From positions 1 to 64,000 of IMG/VR virus record IMGVR_UViG_3300042402_002641: 64,000 bases of DNA; one strand, written 5' to 3'. Below are positions 38,343 to 47,439 of this stretch, piece by piece. The translations under genes were made by a program, and so were the position numbers. The notes under the pieces are model-generated. The model ran no database searches, was not told the DNA's origin, and worked only from the letters and a program-made list of their open reading frames with translations. The number at the start of each line of letters is the position of its first letter. Within the stretch, counting starts at the first letter, position 1.

Positions 38343-39041
38343 TTATCGCAGTGAGTAATACTCTTCCACTTTAGCCAACCAGGCATCCTGCCACTTGTTA
38401 AAGTCTTTGGGTTCTAGTGTAAACTGTTGATATTGGAAGTCCCGCGAACACATGAAAATAACACCTTTACGAATGTCTGTGCCATAGACTTCATTATGTG
38501 CTAATATATAGGCCATTAACTGTAAGTAGTAATCTTCTACCCATTCTGCTTTCTTAGGCTTGTTGGTCTGTTTGTGATCCATGACCGCAGGTTCACCTTC
38601 ATGTACACCTACCAAGTCTGTGGTGCCTGAGAACAGACCCGGAAAATATAGGCTCTGTTCCATGGCCCAAACTTCGTTGACTTTGCTGAGACCATTCTCG
38701 ATGATAACATCGGCCATTTTATTAGCCTGAACATGCACAGGTGCGTTGCCAGGTTGTCTCTGCTCACCAACAATAAACCGTTCTAGGTTGGCATGCATGG
38801 CTGTGCCTACTCCAGCAGCTTCTGTGGTAATCTGCTGTGCTTTGGCATGTCCGATTCTATCTCGCCATTCATTCAAATGTGTCATGTCTTTGGTGGCTGA
38901 CAGAATAGTTGTTACACTTGGGAGGCTTTCGCCGTCGGGTGTTAGATATACTCGTTTGCGTGTAACAGGATCGTTGATCTGTTTGCAGTTTTTATATTGA
39001 TACCGTTCGACGAACGGTGGTGGTGTGTGAGATGTAGTCAT
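38343..39041 (-). CDS. PD-(D/E)XK exonuclease
   Basis: PSVTTIL, GTAMH, GTTDL, DHK, QLMAY. Confidence 0.88.
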   Translation of the reverse strand: MTTSHTPPPFVERYQYKNCKQINDPVTRKRVYLTPDGESLPSVTTILSATKDMTHLNEWRDRIGHAKAQQITTEAAGVGTAMHANLERFIVGEQRQPGNAPVHVQANKMADVIIENGLSKVNEVWAMEQSLYFPGLFSGTTDLVGVHEGEPAVMDHKQTNKPKKAEWVEDYYLQLMAYILAHNEVYGTDIRKGVIFMCSRDFQYQQFTLEPKDFNKWQDAWLAKVEEYYSLR

Positions 39042-39070
39042 ATTCTGTATATATTAACAGAATACGTTGA

Positions 39071-39442
39071 TTATGTCAAACTTGGCGTTAAGTTTTGAGC
39101 AGCCGCACCTGCTGCGATTTTATCCACAGCATCTTGACTGGTCTGTCCTTGACTTACTGGAGTTTCGGTATCCTTGTCGGTGCCTGGTACATTGAGTTCG
39201 ATACCGTCAGCGTTGAAGTTTTTGACCAAGGCCTTTATCACTGGGCTGGAATCATACATGCTTTTAAAAGTTTCGTAGTCTGCACCCATTTCAAATCCGC
39301 TGTCTGTGGCGATCTTTTGCAGAGCAGACCAATTCAGTTTGGCAGCTTGTTTTTTACTGGCTGCACGACCAATAAAGTTTTTAAGGATCATGACGAATTT
39401 GTCAAGTCCTAGGTCGGTATCTACGAATTCAAAAAATCTCAT
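39071..39442 (-). CDS. hypothetical phage protein
   Basis: MRFFEF start; within late operon. Confidence 0.7.
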   Translation of the reverse strand: MRFFEFVDTDLGLDKFVMILKNFIGRAASKKQAAKLNWSALQKIATDSGFEMGADYETFKSMYDSSPVIKALVKNFNADGIELNVPGTDKDTETPVSQGQTSQDAVDKIAAGAAAQNLTPSLT

Positions 39443-39786
39443 CCTAGTTGTGCCAGTTGTTTTTGTAGATCAGATAATTGGGTCTGTGTTTGTTTTATTT
39501 GATCTTGAATCTGTTTTTTCTGATCCTGCCTTTCTTTGGCAGCCATAGCTGCTTGTGCAGGATCCATACCGCCACCAGCAAGTCCGCTGGCAGCTTGACC
39601 AACTGCCTGAGCACCTTTAGCAACTGCTCCGCCAACTGCTCCGCCAACTGCCTTAGCGCCTTTAAGGGCCGCACTTCCCATAGCAGCAGCACCTCGTGCA
39701 ATACCGCCCGCAACTGCGCCTATCGCAGGTAGTATTTCATCTAACTTCTGTTGTTCTTGCTCAGAAGTAATTTCATCAAGTTTCAT
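39439..39786 (-). CDS. Gly/Ala-rich hypothetical (probable internal head protein)
   Basis: MKLDEITSE..LDEILP; C-terminal coiled coil. Confidence 0.65.
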   Translation of the reverse strand: MKLDEITSEQEQQKLDEILPAIGAVAGGIARGAAAMGSAALKGAKAVGGAVGGAVAKGAQAVGQAASGLAGGGMDPAQAAMAAKERQDQKKQIQDQIKQTQTQLSDLQKQLAQLG

Positions 39787-41117
39787 TAGCCTGCTAGTAC
39801 TCTTAGTAAATTGCTGCTACGGTCAATGCTTTCACGCTGTTCGCGTCCTGCGTCACCCATACCAGCTGCTGGTTCTGCGGCAGCAAACTCATCATCACCA
39901 CCTAGTTCTTCACCACCTGCATTCATTGCATCCGGTTCAACTGGTCCCATTTCTTCTTCGCCACCCATACCTGCTGGCTCGCCGCCTAACATTTCTGCAC
40001 CCTGCTCTTCACCGGTGAGCATGCGCACACCTGTGGCTAGAGTTTCGCGTGTGGTCTTGAGATTTTCAAGAGCCTGTTGAATGGCAGGTGCTACTGAACT
40101 GATAAAGGTCTTGGCCTGTTCTTGACTCATCTCATCACGGATTGAATCACCTAATTGCAGTAGTGTGTCATTTTCCATGCCTGATAGTTCTTCAATCCAA
40201 CGGCTGACTCTGTCAACCATTGTTTTTGCTGTTACGATAGCGGAAGCCTGTTGGACTTCGCCTTCTTGTAGTCTTGTCATATCTTCTCCTGTTGTGACTG
40301 ATTCGTCTTTCTTAGCAGGTAAATTTTTGTGTTTGGTGCCTGCAAATTTTTCTAGTTCTTTGGTGCTCATCTTGGCCATTTCCGCAGCGGCACCTTTGCC
40401 TGAAGGTGTGTCACCTTTGCGTTTCGCTGCAAGAGCTATTCCAGCAGCCTGTTGTTGTGCTTTGCTCACTGCTTTTTCAGAAACTTGATCTTCATACTGA
40501 ACGCTTTCGTAGTCTTCGTCCGAACCAAATCCTGCTGATGATAGAGCATAGGCATCGTCTGTTTCGCCACCTTCATCCTCGTCGCCACCTTGGGCCAGCT
40601 CGTTGAACTCATCTTCTAGGCTTTCCATATAACGATCCATGTTGCGGAGTTCACCCCCGTCTTGATCTGCATAGGAACCATACACGTAATCTAATGCACC
40701 TTCTACATCGCCTTGACGTAATAGTTCAACGATCTTGTCCTCATCTAGCATACCGTATCCGCCGATCTCGTTCATGTCTTCGTCGAACTGTTTCATTATT
40801 TTTGCGACTTCTTCTTCAATTGATCCGGATCCTTCTGGTACAGTGGTATCAACGATATGCTCTTGACGATCCATAAGTTCTGCAACAATAGCATCGTGCA
40901 TGAACTGTGCCTTAGTCAGGGTTTCGTTTTCGATGGTTTCATTAAATCCGCTTTCTTGTCGGGCTGTGTGTATTTGGGTACGCAGTTTGTTACGTGCATC
41001 CTCTAGCTTGGGAGTATCAAAACTCTCTAGGTCTAGTTTAGTTCCGAATGTCTTGGCCAAAGATTCGTTGATGCGTTGGGCCGATCTATTGAATCTAAAA
41101 AGGTCTGTGGTTTTCAT
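39786..41117 (-). CDS. acidic prohead core/scaffold-like protein with DUF3008-like insert
   Basis: Very acidic, repeated [IL]xE sites, ends LLRVLAG; AVSKAQQQAAGIALAAKR..ELEKFAGTKHK insert. Confidence 0.55.
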   Translation of the reverse strand: MKTTDLFRFNRSAQRINESLAKTFGTKLDLESFDTPKLEDARNKLRTQIHTARQESGFNETIENETLTKAQFMHDAIVAELMDRQEHIVDTTVPEGSGSIEEEVAKIMKQFDEDMNEIGGYGMLDEDKIVELLRQGDVEGALDYVYGSYADQDGGELRNMDRYMESLEDEFNELAQGGDEDEGGETDDAYALSSAGFGSDEDYESVQYEDQVSEKAVSKAQQQAAGIALAAKRKGDTPSGKGAAAEMAKMSTKELEKFAGTKHKNLPAKKDESVTTGEDMTRLQEGEVQQASAIVTAKTMVDRVSRWIEELSGMENDTLLQLGDSIRDEMSQEQAKTFISSVAPAIQQALENLKTTRETLATGVRMLTGEEQGAEMLGGEPAGMGGEEEMGPVEPDAMNAGGEELGGDDEFAAAEPAAGMGDAGREQRESIDRSSNLLRVLAG

Positions 41118-41151
41118 AGTTTTAAGGGTCCAGATTTTATAGTATATTTAT

Positions 41152-41577
41152 TCAGGATTTGGTCAAAGAGTCTGCTAGATTTTTAGCAGCAACAGTTCGA
41201 TCTCGGCTTTCTGTGTATCGAGCCCACAATATGTCTGCACGGTCATGATCTCCCGAATCTTTGGCCTTTTGATATTGATTGCGCAGCAGTTGGCTATCAG
41301 TGAACCAGCGACCATAGTCTTGGTCTGCAGCATAGATGCGATCTATGATCAACGAGCTTTGTCGTAGGCACATGAGATTTGCTATTTTGATAGCCACTGC
41401 ATTGAGATGTATTTCTCTGTAGATGATCTCTCCATCACGCAGAAGATTTTTAATATGACCCTGGCTCTGTATCAGTATATCACCTACAAGGATGCCTTCC
41501 GTGGTTCGAACTGGTATGGGATTTTGCAGCAGCTCTTTGCGGACTATGTGTTCTAGCCGCTGGCTTATTCTTGTCAT
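41152..41577 (-). CDS. hypothetical protein
   Basis: ORF fits operon. Confidence 0.65.
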   Translation of the reverse strand: MTRISQRLEHIVRKELLQNPIPVRTTEGILVGDILIQSQGHIKNLLRDGEIIYREIHLNAVAIKIANLMCLRQSSLIIDRIYAADQDYGRWFTDSQLLRNQYQKAKDSGDHDRADILWARYTESRDRTVAAKNLADSLTKS

Positions 41578-41600
41578 AAAAAAAGGACCTCTGGTCCTTT
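41578..41600 (-). terminator. terminator hairpin
   Basis: aaaaggacc-tct-ggtcctttt. Confidence 0.7.
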
Positions 41601-41617
41601 ATTTAAGTGCTGTTATT

Positions 41618-41938
41618 TCATGCTCCAAAGAACTTGAATATGGTCTGTAGATTCAGCTGTCCGGTCCAACCTAGTCCAGCCACAAATGCCATGCCTACCA
41701 TACCGTACATCATCATCTTGTTCTTGCTTTGTTCTAGTTCGTTGAGTTTTTTGCCTAGTTCTGCATGCTGTGTGCAGGAGGCGTCGTACATGTGATTCAA
41801 TTTCTCAGTGAGTCCATCGCGGGTTTTATCCAGGCAATCGTGGAGATCTTTGACATCAACTTTTAGTTCATCTAGTTTTTCGTCAAGATTTGCAACCTGC
41901 GTTTCTACTATTCCAACACGTTCTGCTACTGTAGGCAT
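41618..41938 (-). CDS. coiled-coil protein with C-terminal TM
   Basis: Heptad pattern then hydrophobic helix; start uncertain. Confidence 0.65.
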   Translation of the reverse strand: MPTVAERVGIVETQVANLDEKLDELKVDVKDLHDCLDKTRDGLTEKLNHMYDASCTQHAELGKKLNELEQSKNKMMMYGMVGMAFVAGLGWTGQLNLQTIFKFFGA

Positions 41939-42046
41939 TAGGGCCGTCTCCAATGTAATAAGTCAAGTGCTCGCTCCGAGCCATGTGCCTATGATATGAT
42001 TGAATGCCTAATGGTTACTACTGTGCCTTTGGTATATTATTTATCG

Positions 42047-42442
42047 TCACTGACTGATTTTACTACACCAAATGTTGGTGTTATCGCCTCGGCTTCTAAA
42101 CACCGCAGGAGTCAGTTCCACTGTGTTATTTAGTCGGTCAACTATGGGCACACCATCCAGGTCATCGACCAACAGTGCCACAGCATCACCTTGCTTCAGA
42201 AACACGTCTTCACGTTCTGCATCAAACTCCCAGATCCAGTGTGTGGCCTTGCCTGTACCTATGGGCAGTCTGCCTGTGTGCGACTCGGGGTCTCGGATCC
42301 AAGTGACATTAGAGCGCATGCCTATGGCCTGCACAAGGCTGTTGAAATTGGCCTGTTGACCTAGCTTGACTCGATCAGTTTCATCTCGCACCGGATTGGT
42401 TCGAGTGATGTCGACCACTGTGATGATTTGATATCTAGCCAT
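42047..42442 (-). CDS. hypothetical phage protein
   Basis: TVVDIT..QQANFNSLVQAIGMRSN; late promoter. Confidence 0.7.
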   Translation of the reverse strand: MARYQIITVVDITRTNPVRDETDRVKLGQQANFNSLVQAIGMRSNVTWIRDPESHTGRLPIGTGKATHWIWEFDAEREDVFLKQGDAVALLVDDLDGVPIVDRLNNTVELTPAVFRSRGDNTNIWCSKISQ

Positions 42443-42479
42443 AATATGCTAGTATTTACATTATAAATCTCCAGCCAAC

Positions 42480-42502
42480 AAAAAAGGACCTTTCGGTCCT
42501 TT
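42480..42502 (-). terminator. terminator hairpin
   Basis: aaaggacc-tttc-ggtccttt (GAAA loop on minus strand) plus T-run. Confidence 0.75.
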
Positions 42503-42531
42503 AATGCTTCCCATCCCTGAGAATTAACTAA

Positions 42532-42951
42532 TTACAGTGCTGGTGCAAAGATTGCTTCAGTAGTCACTGTGAAAGTGGTACCGTTAGCATCTGCAGCTTC
42601 GGCTGCTGCCTTGATATCAGCAACTGTTAGAGAGCCAGTTCCTTGGCAACGTAGGAATACAACCTGTGTTGTACCTGCTACGAATGCTGCGCCTGCAGCT
42701 GTTCCTACTGCTGCTACTGTGAATGCAGAGTCACCTGAACCTGCTGAACCTTGGCTTCTTGTGATTTCGCTGATAGCTGCGGTTAGCTCAGTGTCCAAAA
42801 TTCCTGCGTCTGCTGAAATTTTAACAATCAGCTCACGACCTGCATCAGATTGGCTGATTCTGTGTTTACGTGCGTTCACACCTAAAACACCACCAGCAAT
42901 TGCTGTACCAGCGTTGTTGAATGTTTCTTCTCTTGAATATACGTCTGCCAT
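42532..42951 (-). CDS. probable virion structural/decoration protein
   Basis: Ala/Thr/Gly-rich; AAGGAG RBS, own late promoter and terminator. Confidence 0.55.
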   Translation of the reverse strand: MADVYSREETFNNAGTAIAGGVLGVNARKHRISQSDAGRELIVKISADAGILDTELTAAISEITRSQGSAGSGDSAFTVAAVGTAAGAAFVAGTTQVVFLRCQGTGSLTVADIKAAAEAADANGTTFTVTTEAIFAPAL

Positions 42952-43051
42952 GATAATTTCTCCTTAATCAATGACCTCGCTCAGAGGCCGGCAATAATAA
43001 AGAATCACCTGATTCTTGTCTAGTATTTAGTCATTTTGGTTAAAACCGTGG

Positions 43052-44149
43052 TTAATCGGCTCTAAACGGAGTCCAACGATCTCTAGGCACTAGTTTTGAA
43101 CCACCTGCCACATAGCCTTCGCCGCCTGGCTTGCCGCCTGTTGTGGCTGTGATTTCACCTTCGGCTGCGTCCAGCTCACGGATCACTTCATCTTTGGCTG
43201 ACATGATTTCTCTTACCAGCTCAAATAGCAGATCCATGACTCCGGGGTGCCGTTCACTGTGTGCTGCGATCTTCTGAGCTTTAGCAGGAGTTTTCCCCAC
43301 AAAGTTCATGAACGCTTCTGTGTTGATGTTGTCTAACTGTTTAGCCTTGCTCTGAGTATTAACGAAAGTGTAGATCTCTGACTGTAGATAGCCCATGCCT
43401 GCCACAGGAGCTAGAAGGCTGTTGATCTTTGGTTGGTTCTTGGTCAAAGCTTCTATCTTGGCTAGATTAGCTGCACCCACAGCTGGTCTATGGCTGACTG
43501 CTGTGAGTCCAAACACCTGCAGTGCAGGAGTGTTATTAAACAGTTCTGCATCATCGAAGTCTTCACCACTCTTGTCTCCGAAATAACTGAATACCTTGTG
43601 AGCTGCCACAGCTACCTTAGCATCTGCCAGTGCTCTACCTGTGACACTGTTCACCATCACTGAATAAGTGGTTTGATTGGGAGTAAACGAAATACGGCCA
43701 TCTGCACCTGTGTAGGACTTGCCTGGATGGAACAGGATGTCTCCGTAGACGTAGCCACGAAAATCTGCAGGAGTAGCTGCTTCAAATATGGGCCACAGTG
43801 CGGCCATATCGCCGGCAAACTTGGGACGCCATTCTTCATCCTTGCCACGACTCATGATAAACTGTTTGAGTTCTTCTGGACTAGATGATTTGCCTTCTTC
43901 ACGACCCCAATTGTTTTTACCTACCAATCTAAATTCACCATTGTCTTCTCGACCCCAATACACTGTGGGATTACCATCCCATTTGATAGTGATGCTGGTT
44001 TCAGGTTTGGCTAGATCTTTCAGTATCTGTATGGCCTTGACTGCGCCATCGGATTCAGTGAACACTAGATCCTCTAGGTGGTTGAATTCTCTGCCCACCT
44101 TTTTAGGAGCAGGTGCTTCATCTTCTAATAAAAGTTCCCAGAATCTCAT
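43052..44149 (-). CDS. ATP-dependent RNA-ligase-like nucleotidyltransferase (DUF6267-like)
   Basis: HLEDL; motif I KWDG, motif III GDILF, motif IV EGYV, motif V KLV. Confidence 0.65.
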   Translation of the reverse strand: MRFWELLLEDEAPAPKKVGREFNHLEDLVFTESDGAVKAIQILKDLAKPETSITIKWDGNPTVYWGREDNGEFRLVGKNNWGREEGKSSSPEELKQFIMSRGKDEEWRPKFAGDMAALWPIFEAATPADFRGYVYGDILFHPGKSYTGADGRISFTPNQTTYSVMVNSVTGRALADAKVAVAAHKVFSYFGDKSGEDFDDAELFNNTPALQVFGLTAVSHRPAVGAANLAKIEALTKNQPKINSLLAPVAGMGYLQSEIYTFVNTQSKAKQLDNINTEAFMNFVGKTPAKAQKIAAHSERHPGVMDLLFELVREIMSAKDEVIRELDAAEGEITATTGGKPGGEGYVAGGSKLVPRDRWTPFRAD

Positions 44150-44955
44150 CGTACTATGTCAATCATTCTGCGCATCCAACCAATTGTTCCTGGTTGATAG
44201 CTTTCTACCGCGGCTTTGGCAGGTAGCTCAATGCCCTGTTTGCCCAAGGTTTCTCTTGCACCCGAGACCAGTTCATCGTAGTTGGGTAGTTTGATTATGT
44301 AGTCTAGAATGTTGTCTACACTGCGTATATCTTTAACTGTGGCTGTCTGTCCCAGCAACTGTTTGGCTATGGTATTCCAATCGTCTCCGCCTGGCAGAGG
44401 TTCGTTGGTGTCTGCGTGTAAAAGACCAAACTTAGGTGAGTATTTTAGATCTCTGGCTCGGGCGATAGAACTCAACACGATATGGCGATGCTCACCCTTA
44501 TACTGCCCGCGACCGCCTATCAACGATCCCTGTTGAAACTTGGGATTTACTGAAAACATAAAGTCTGACTGCACGAAGCCGTTGACTTGATCCCCTGCGA
44601 TAGGAGTTTTTAAATGCACACTGTCTCCGCTGAGTTTGACATTTTCTTTGCCGAACTGTGCTATCAATTTAGCTGCGAATTCTTTCTTGTCTACTTCATT
44701 GGCATCCACTGACAGATCCAGATCACCCGAACTGTTCAGCTCGAATGTACCGTCTGGATCTTCTTTGCGTCCTGTGGTTCCCAGCCATTTTACAGGTTTT
44801 TTGTCATCTGGATCTAGTTCTTTGGTGAAGTCTAATCCAGTGATCTTTTCTATATAGTCTATGGTAGCAGGCACATCTTTGGTAGCGATACGCTGGGTCA
44901 GTGATTGTTTGTCGGCATCTTTGAATACGTTGCCACCTTCAAATAGTTTATTCAT
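44146..44955 (-). CDS. Pol-beta superfamily nucleotidyltransferase
   Basis: LGTTG..SGDLDL (GS/DxD) and VQSDFM third Asp. Confidence 0.7.
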   Translation of the reverse strand: MNKLFEGGNVFKDADKQSLTQRIATKDVPATIDYIEKITGLDFTKELDPDDKKPVKWLGTTGRKEDPDGTFELNSSGDLDLSVDANEVDKKEFAAKLIAQFGKENVKLSGDSVHLKTPIAGDQVNGFVQSDFMFSVNPKFQQGSLIGGRGQYKGEHRHIVLSSIARARDLKYSPKFGLLHADTNEPLPGGDDWNTIAKQLLGQTATVKDIRSVDNILDYIIKLPNYDELVSGARETLGKQGIELPAKAAVESYQPGTIGWMRRMIDIVR

Positions 44956-45223
44956 CGTTGATAATTCTCTGAGATTTACGAGATTCTGTTATTTTACGGA
45001 TACCGCGTGTGAATTTAGCAGGATCTTGCCCGCGGATAGCATTTACAAATCTGCGCTCAAGCTCATCTGCCTGTTCTGGCGTATACTGCTTGTGCAGGCT
45101 TTCCAGTAGATTTATGGCTGAATTGATGATATTAGTGGCTCTGCTTTCAAACAGCGCATCCTTGTTGCGTACTTCGGCTATTTCATTCAGCTCTTGCAGT
45201 ATTGAACGAGTTCTAAGTTTCAT
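44948..45223 (-). CDS. hypothetical phage protein
   Basis: TRSILQEL..KFTRGI; first gene of the late operon. Confidence 0.7.
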   Translation of the reverse strand: MKLRTRSILQELNEIAEVRNKDALFESRATNIINSAINLLESLHKQYTPEQADELERRFVNAIRGQDPAKFTRGIRKITESRKSQRIINDE

Positions 45224-45364
45224 GAGTGGTTCCGTTGATATTATATTTAACCTAAACCCAAGATTGTTAAAATGATATTATTCAGCAGAAATTGTGCGGT
45301 TGCACATAAGTAGACTAAATACTCAGTAGAAATACTGAGTCTACACTAACACACAGGGAACACA

Positions 45365-45541
45365 ATGAAATTTTTATCAAACAGGATGCTGGCTATTATG
45401 GAACGCTTATCGGAGATGTTCCCAGGTAGTTCGTATCAAACCCGCTTAGATGCGTATCTAAGCACCAAAGGCATTACCGATGCCGCTCAGTTGGAAACCT
45501 ATATCCGACAATTCAATTCTCAAAAGGAATCTTATCTATGA
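45365..45541 (+). CDS. small protein (58 aa), DUF3563-like, not in ORF track
   Basis: MKFLSNRML..RLDAYLSTKGITDAAQLETYIRQF; RBS and TAAATA upstream. Confidence 0.65.
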   Translation: MKFLSNRMLAIMERLSEMFPGSSYQTRLDAYLSTKGITDAAQLETYIRQFNSQKESYL

Positions 45542-45660
45542 AACGTTTTTTAAACGCACTATACGAAATTTTTGAAAGCCTTGGCAGAGCCAAAGCAGCT
45601 TCTCATTTAGCTCGTTGCGGAATGCATAAAGAAGCTAGAGATTTAATGTTGGCAAAATAA
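45538..45660 (+). CDS. small protein (40 aa), not in ORF track
   Basis: AAGGA RBS, ATGA overlap; MKRFLNALYEIFESLGRAKAASHLAR.. Confidence 0.65.
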   Translation: MKRFLNALYEIFESLGRAKAASHLARCGMHKEARDLMLAK

Positions 45661-45689
45661 ATTGTTACACCGCAAAAGATATATACACT

Positions 45690-46265
45690 ATGAACTTGGT
45701 TTATATACACGGTGCCAATGCCACCAGCGAAAGTTTTAATTATATCCGTAGCAAATTAGGCAACGGTATCGATATCAATTACGACAGTCGCAATGGGTTT
45801 GAAAACAATCTAGCAGACATGCAGTCAACACTACAGGGTCATAAGGATCTGGTGTTTGTTGCGCATAGTCTAGGTGGTATCTATAGCCTGCATTTGGCCA
45901 ATAGTATGCCTGAGTCTGTTAAGGGTGCTGTTACTCTAAGCACACCTTATGGTGGCGCAGAAGTTGCTGACTATGCTCAATACTTTTTGCCCTTTAGCCG
46001 TCTAATGCGCGATATTGGTCCTAGTTCGTGGGTAATGAAGCAAGCTAGCCGCATTAAGATACAGCATCCGTGGACTAACATTGTAACAGTCAAAGGACAA
46101 AGTCCGTTTATGCATGAGCCTAATGACGGTGTGGTGACTATTGCCAGTCAAAAGCATCATGAGAATATGGAATTAGTGGAGGTTGAATACAACCACTATG
46201 AAGTAGTGCTCAGTGACGAAGTGGTTGGACTTATCAAAGAACGAATAAAAAAGTTCAGAAAATAA
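45690..46265 (+). CDS. alpha/beta hydrolase (lipase/esterase)
   Basis: IHG, AHSLGG, STPYGG, NDGVV, NH. Confidence 0.88.
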   Translation: MNLVYIHGANATSESFNYIRSKLGNGIDINYDSRNGFENNLADMQSTLQGHKDLVFVAHSLGGIYSLHLANSMPESVKGAVTLSTPYGGAEVADYAQYFLPFSRLMRDIGPSSWVMKQASRIKIQHPWTNIVTVKGQSPFMHEPNDGVVTIASQKHHENMELVEVEYNHYEVVLSDEVVGLIKERIKKFRK

Positions 46266-46355
46266 GTTGCTTTTCAGTCACAGAGCATATATAATAAACT
46301 AACAGCGAAAAAGAAGTAGTTGTTAGACACAGACATTACACACAGGAGATACAAA

Positions 46356-46628
46356 ATGTCAGAAATTTTTACAGCACCAAAACTACCAGAAGTTAAATTC
46401 AACAAGAACGGCTACGAAATCCGTACAGACATCTTGGGCATGGCCAAGAGCCTAGTACAAGACGACTTCCAAGCCAAGTTCCAAGGTTGGGAAATGACTG
46501 CTACTCGCGATGAGAAGACTGGTCAAATCGTTAGTACAGTTGCAATGCCAACTTTTCCAGGTCTAGATAAAGTACTAGAAACCGCCGAAAAAATGTATAG
46601 CTTTGTAAACGCCGGCGTGAAGAAATAA
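46356..46628 (+). CDS. conserved phage hypothetical protein
   Basis: AGGAG RBS; YEIRTDIL..AEKMYSFV. Confidence 0.75.
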   Translation: MSEIFTAPKLPEVKFNKNGYEIRTDILGMAKSLVQDDFQAKFQGWEMTATRDEKTGQIVSTVAMPTFPGLDKVLETAEKMYSFVNAGVKK

Positions 46629-46660
46629 TTACGCTCGTAGAGCAATATATAGTGGTAAAA

Positions 46661-46687
46661 GAAAAGCAGCCTCCGGGCTGCTTTTTC
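46661..46687. terminator. bidirectional terminator
   Basis: aaaagcagcc-tccg-ggctgctttt between convergent genes. Confidence 0.85.
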
Positions 46688-46688
46688 T

Positions 46689-47390
46689 TTATCTAACTGT
46701 GGCTAACTTAAAGAATCGCAGTATTGAAATATACATCCAACCTATATCAAACTCCCACCAACGTTGGCTGAATTTCGCCGATGCTCCGTCGTCGTGGTGA
46801 TTGGCATGCAATTCCTCACCGCCGATCCAGATGGCCCACGGAATTAAATTGCGGCTGGTATCCTCAGCAGATCTGTTGCGGTAACCCCACCAATGACATA
46901 GACCGTTAATGACTCCTGCGGCAAAAAATGGTATCCAAAGCATCTGTACACCCCATACCAGCAGTCCCCACGGGCCAAAAAGCCAAAGGTCTATGACCAA
47001 CAATATGAGAATCCCCAAGCGACTGTGCGGGGTATACAGATTTTCTTCTATCCAATCGTTAGGGGTGCCTTGACCCAGCTGTTCTACCATCAGTTTGTTC
47101 TTGCTGGCAGTGTTATATAACAATGCGCCTCCGAACAGCACACGCCAAATGCCATAGACTTTGGGACTGTGTGGGTCTGCGGCTTTGTCAGCAGCTTGAT
47201 GATGTTTGCGATGTATTGCCACCCACTGTTTAGTAACCATTCCTGTGGTCATCCACAACCAAAATCTCATAAAATGATTGATCACAGGATGAAACGACAC
47301 GGCTCTGTGTGTTTGGCTTCTATGTAAGTAAAGAGTCACACAGGCTATAGTGATTTGTACCATCACCAAGGTATAGATTATTATGTTCAT
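46689..47390 (-). CDS. membrane fatty acid (delta-9-type) desaturase
   Basis: His boxes HRSQTH, HRKHH, HANHH. Confidence 0.93.
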   Translation of the reverse strand: MNIIIYTLVMVQITIACVTLYLHRSQTHRAVSFHPVINHFMRFWLWMTTGMVTKQWVAIHRKHHQAADKAADPHSPKVYGIWRVLFGGALLYNTASKNKLMVEQLGQGTPNDWIEENLYTPHSRLGILILLVIDLWLFGPWGLLVWGVQMLWIPFFAAGVINGLCHWWGYRNRSAEDTSRNLIPWAIWIGGEELHANHHDDGASAKFSQRWWEFDIGWMYISILRFFKLATVR

Positions 47391-47405
47391 ATTTTACTTA
47401 TCTGC

Positions 47406-47434
47406 TTGACAGCATATCAAAATAATGCTATAAT
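47406..47434 (+). promoter_or_regulatory. sigma70 promoter, leaderless geometry
   Basis: TTGACA-N17-TATAAT, 5 nt before ATG at 47440. Confidence 0.85.
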
Positions 47435-47439
47435 ATAGC

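Noticed and set aside
38343-39041. Cas4 / CRISPR adaptation gene
   Set aside because: Lacks the four-Cys Fe-S cluster and has no cas context; ordinary phage exonuclease
23015-42502. AAGGACC-N3/4-GGTCCTT elements as a mobile repeat family
   Set aside because: All three copies follow gene ends with T-runs and are explained as intrinsic terminators
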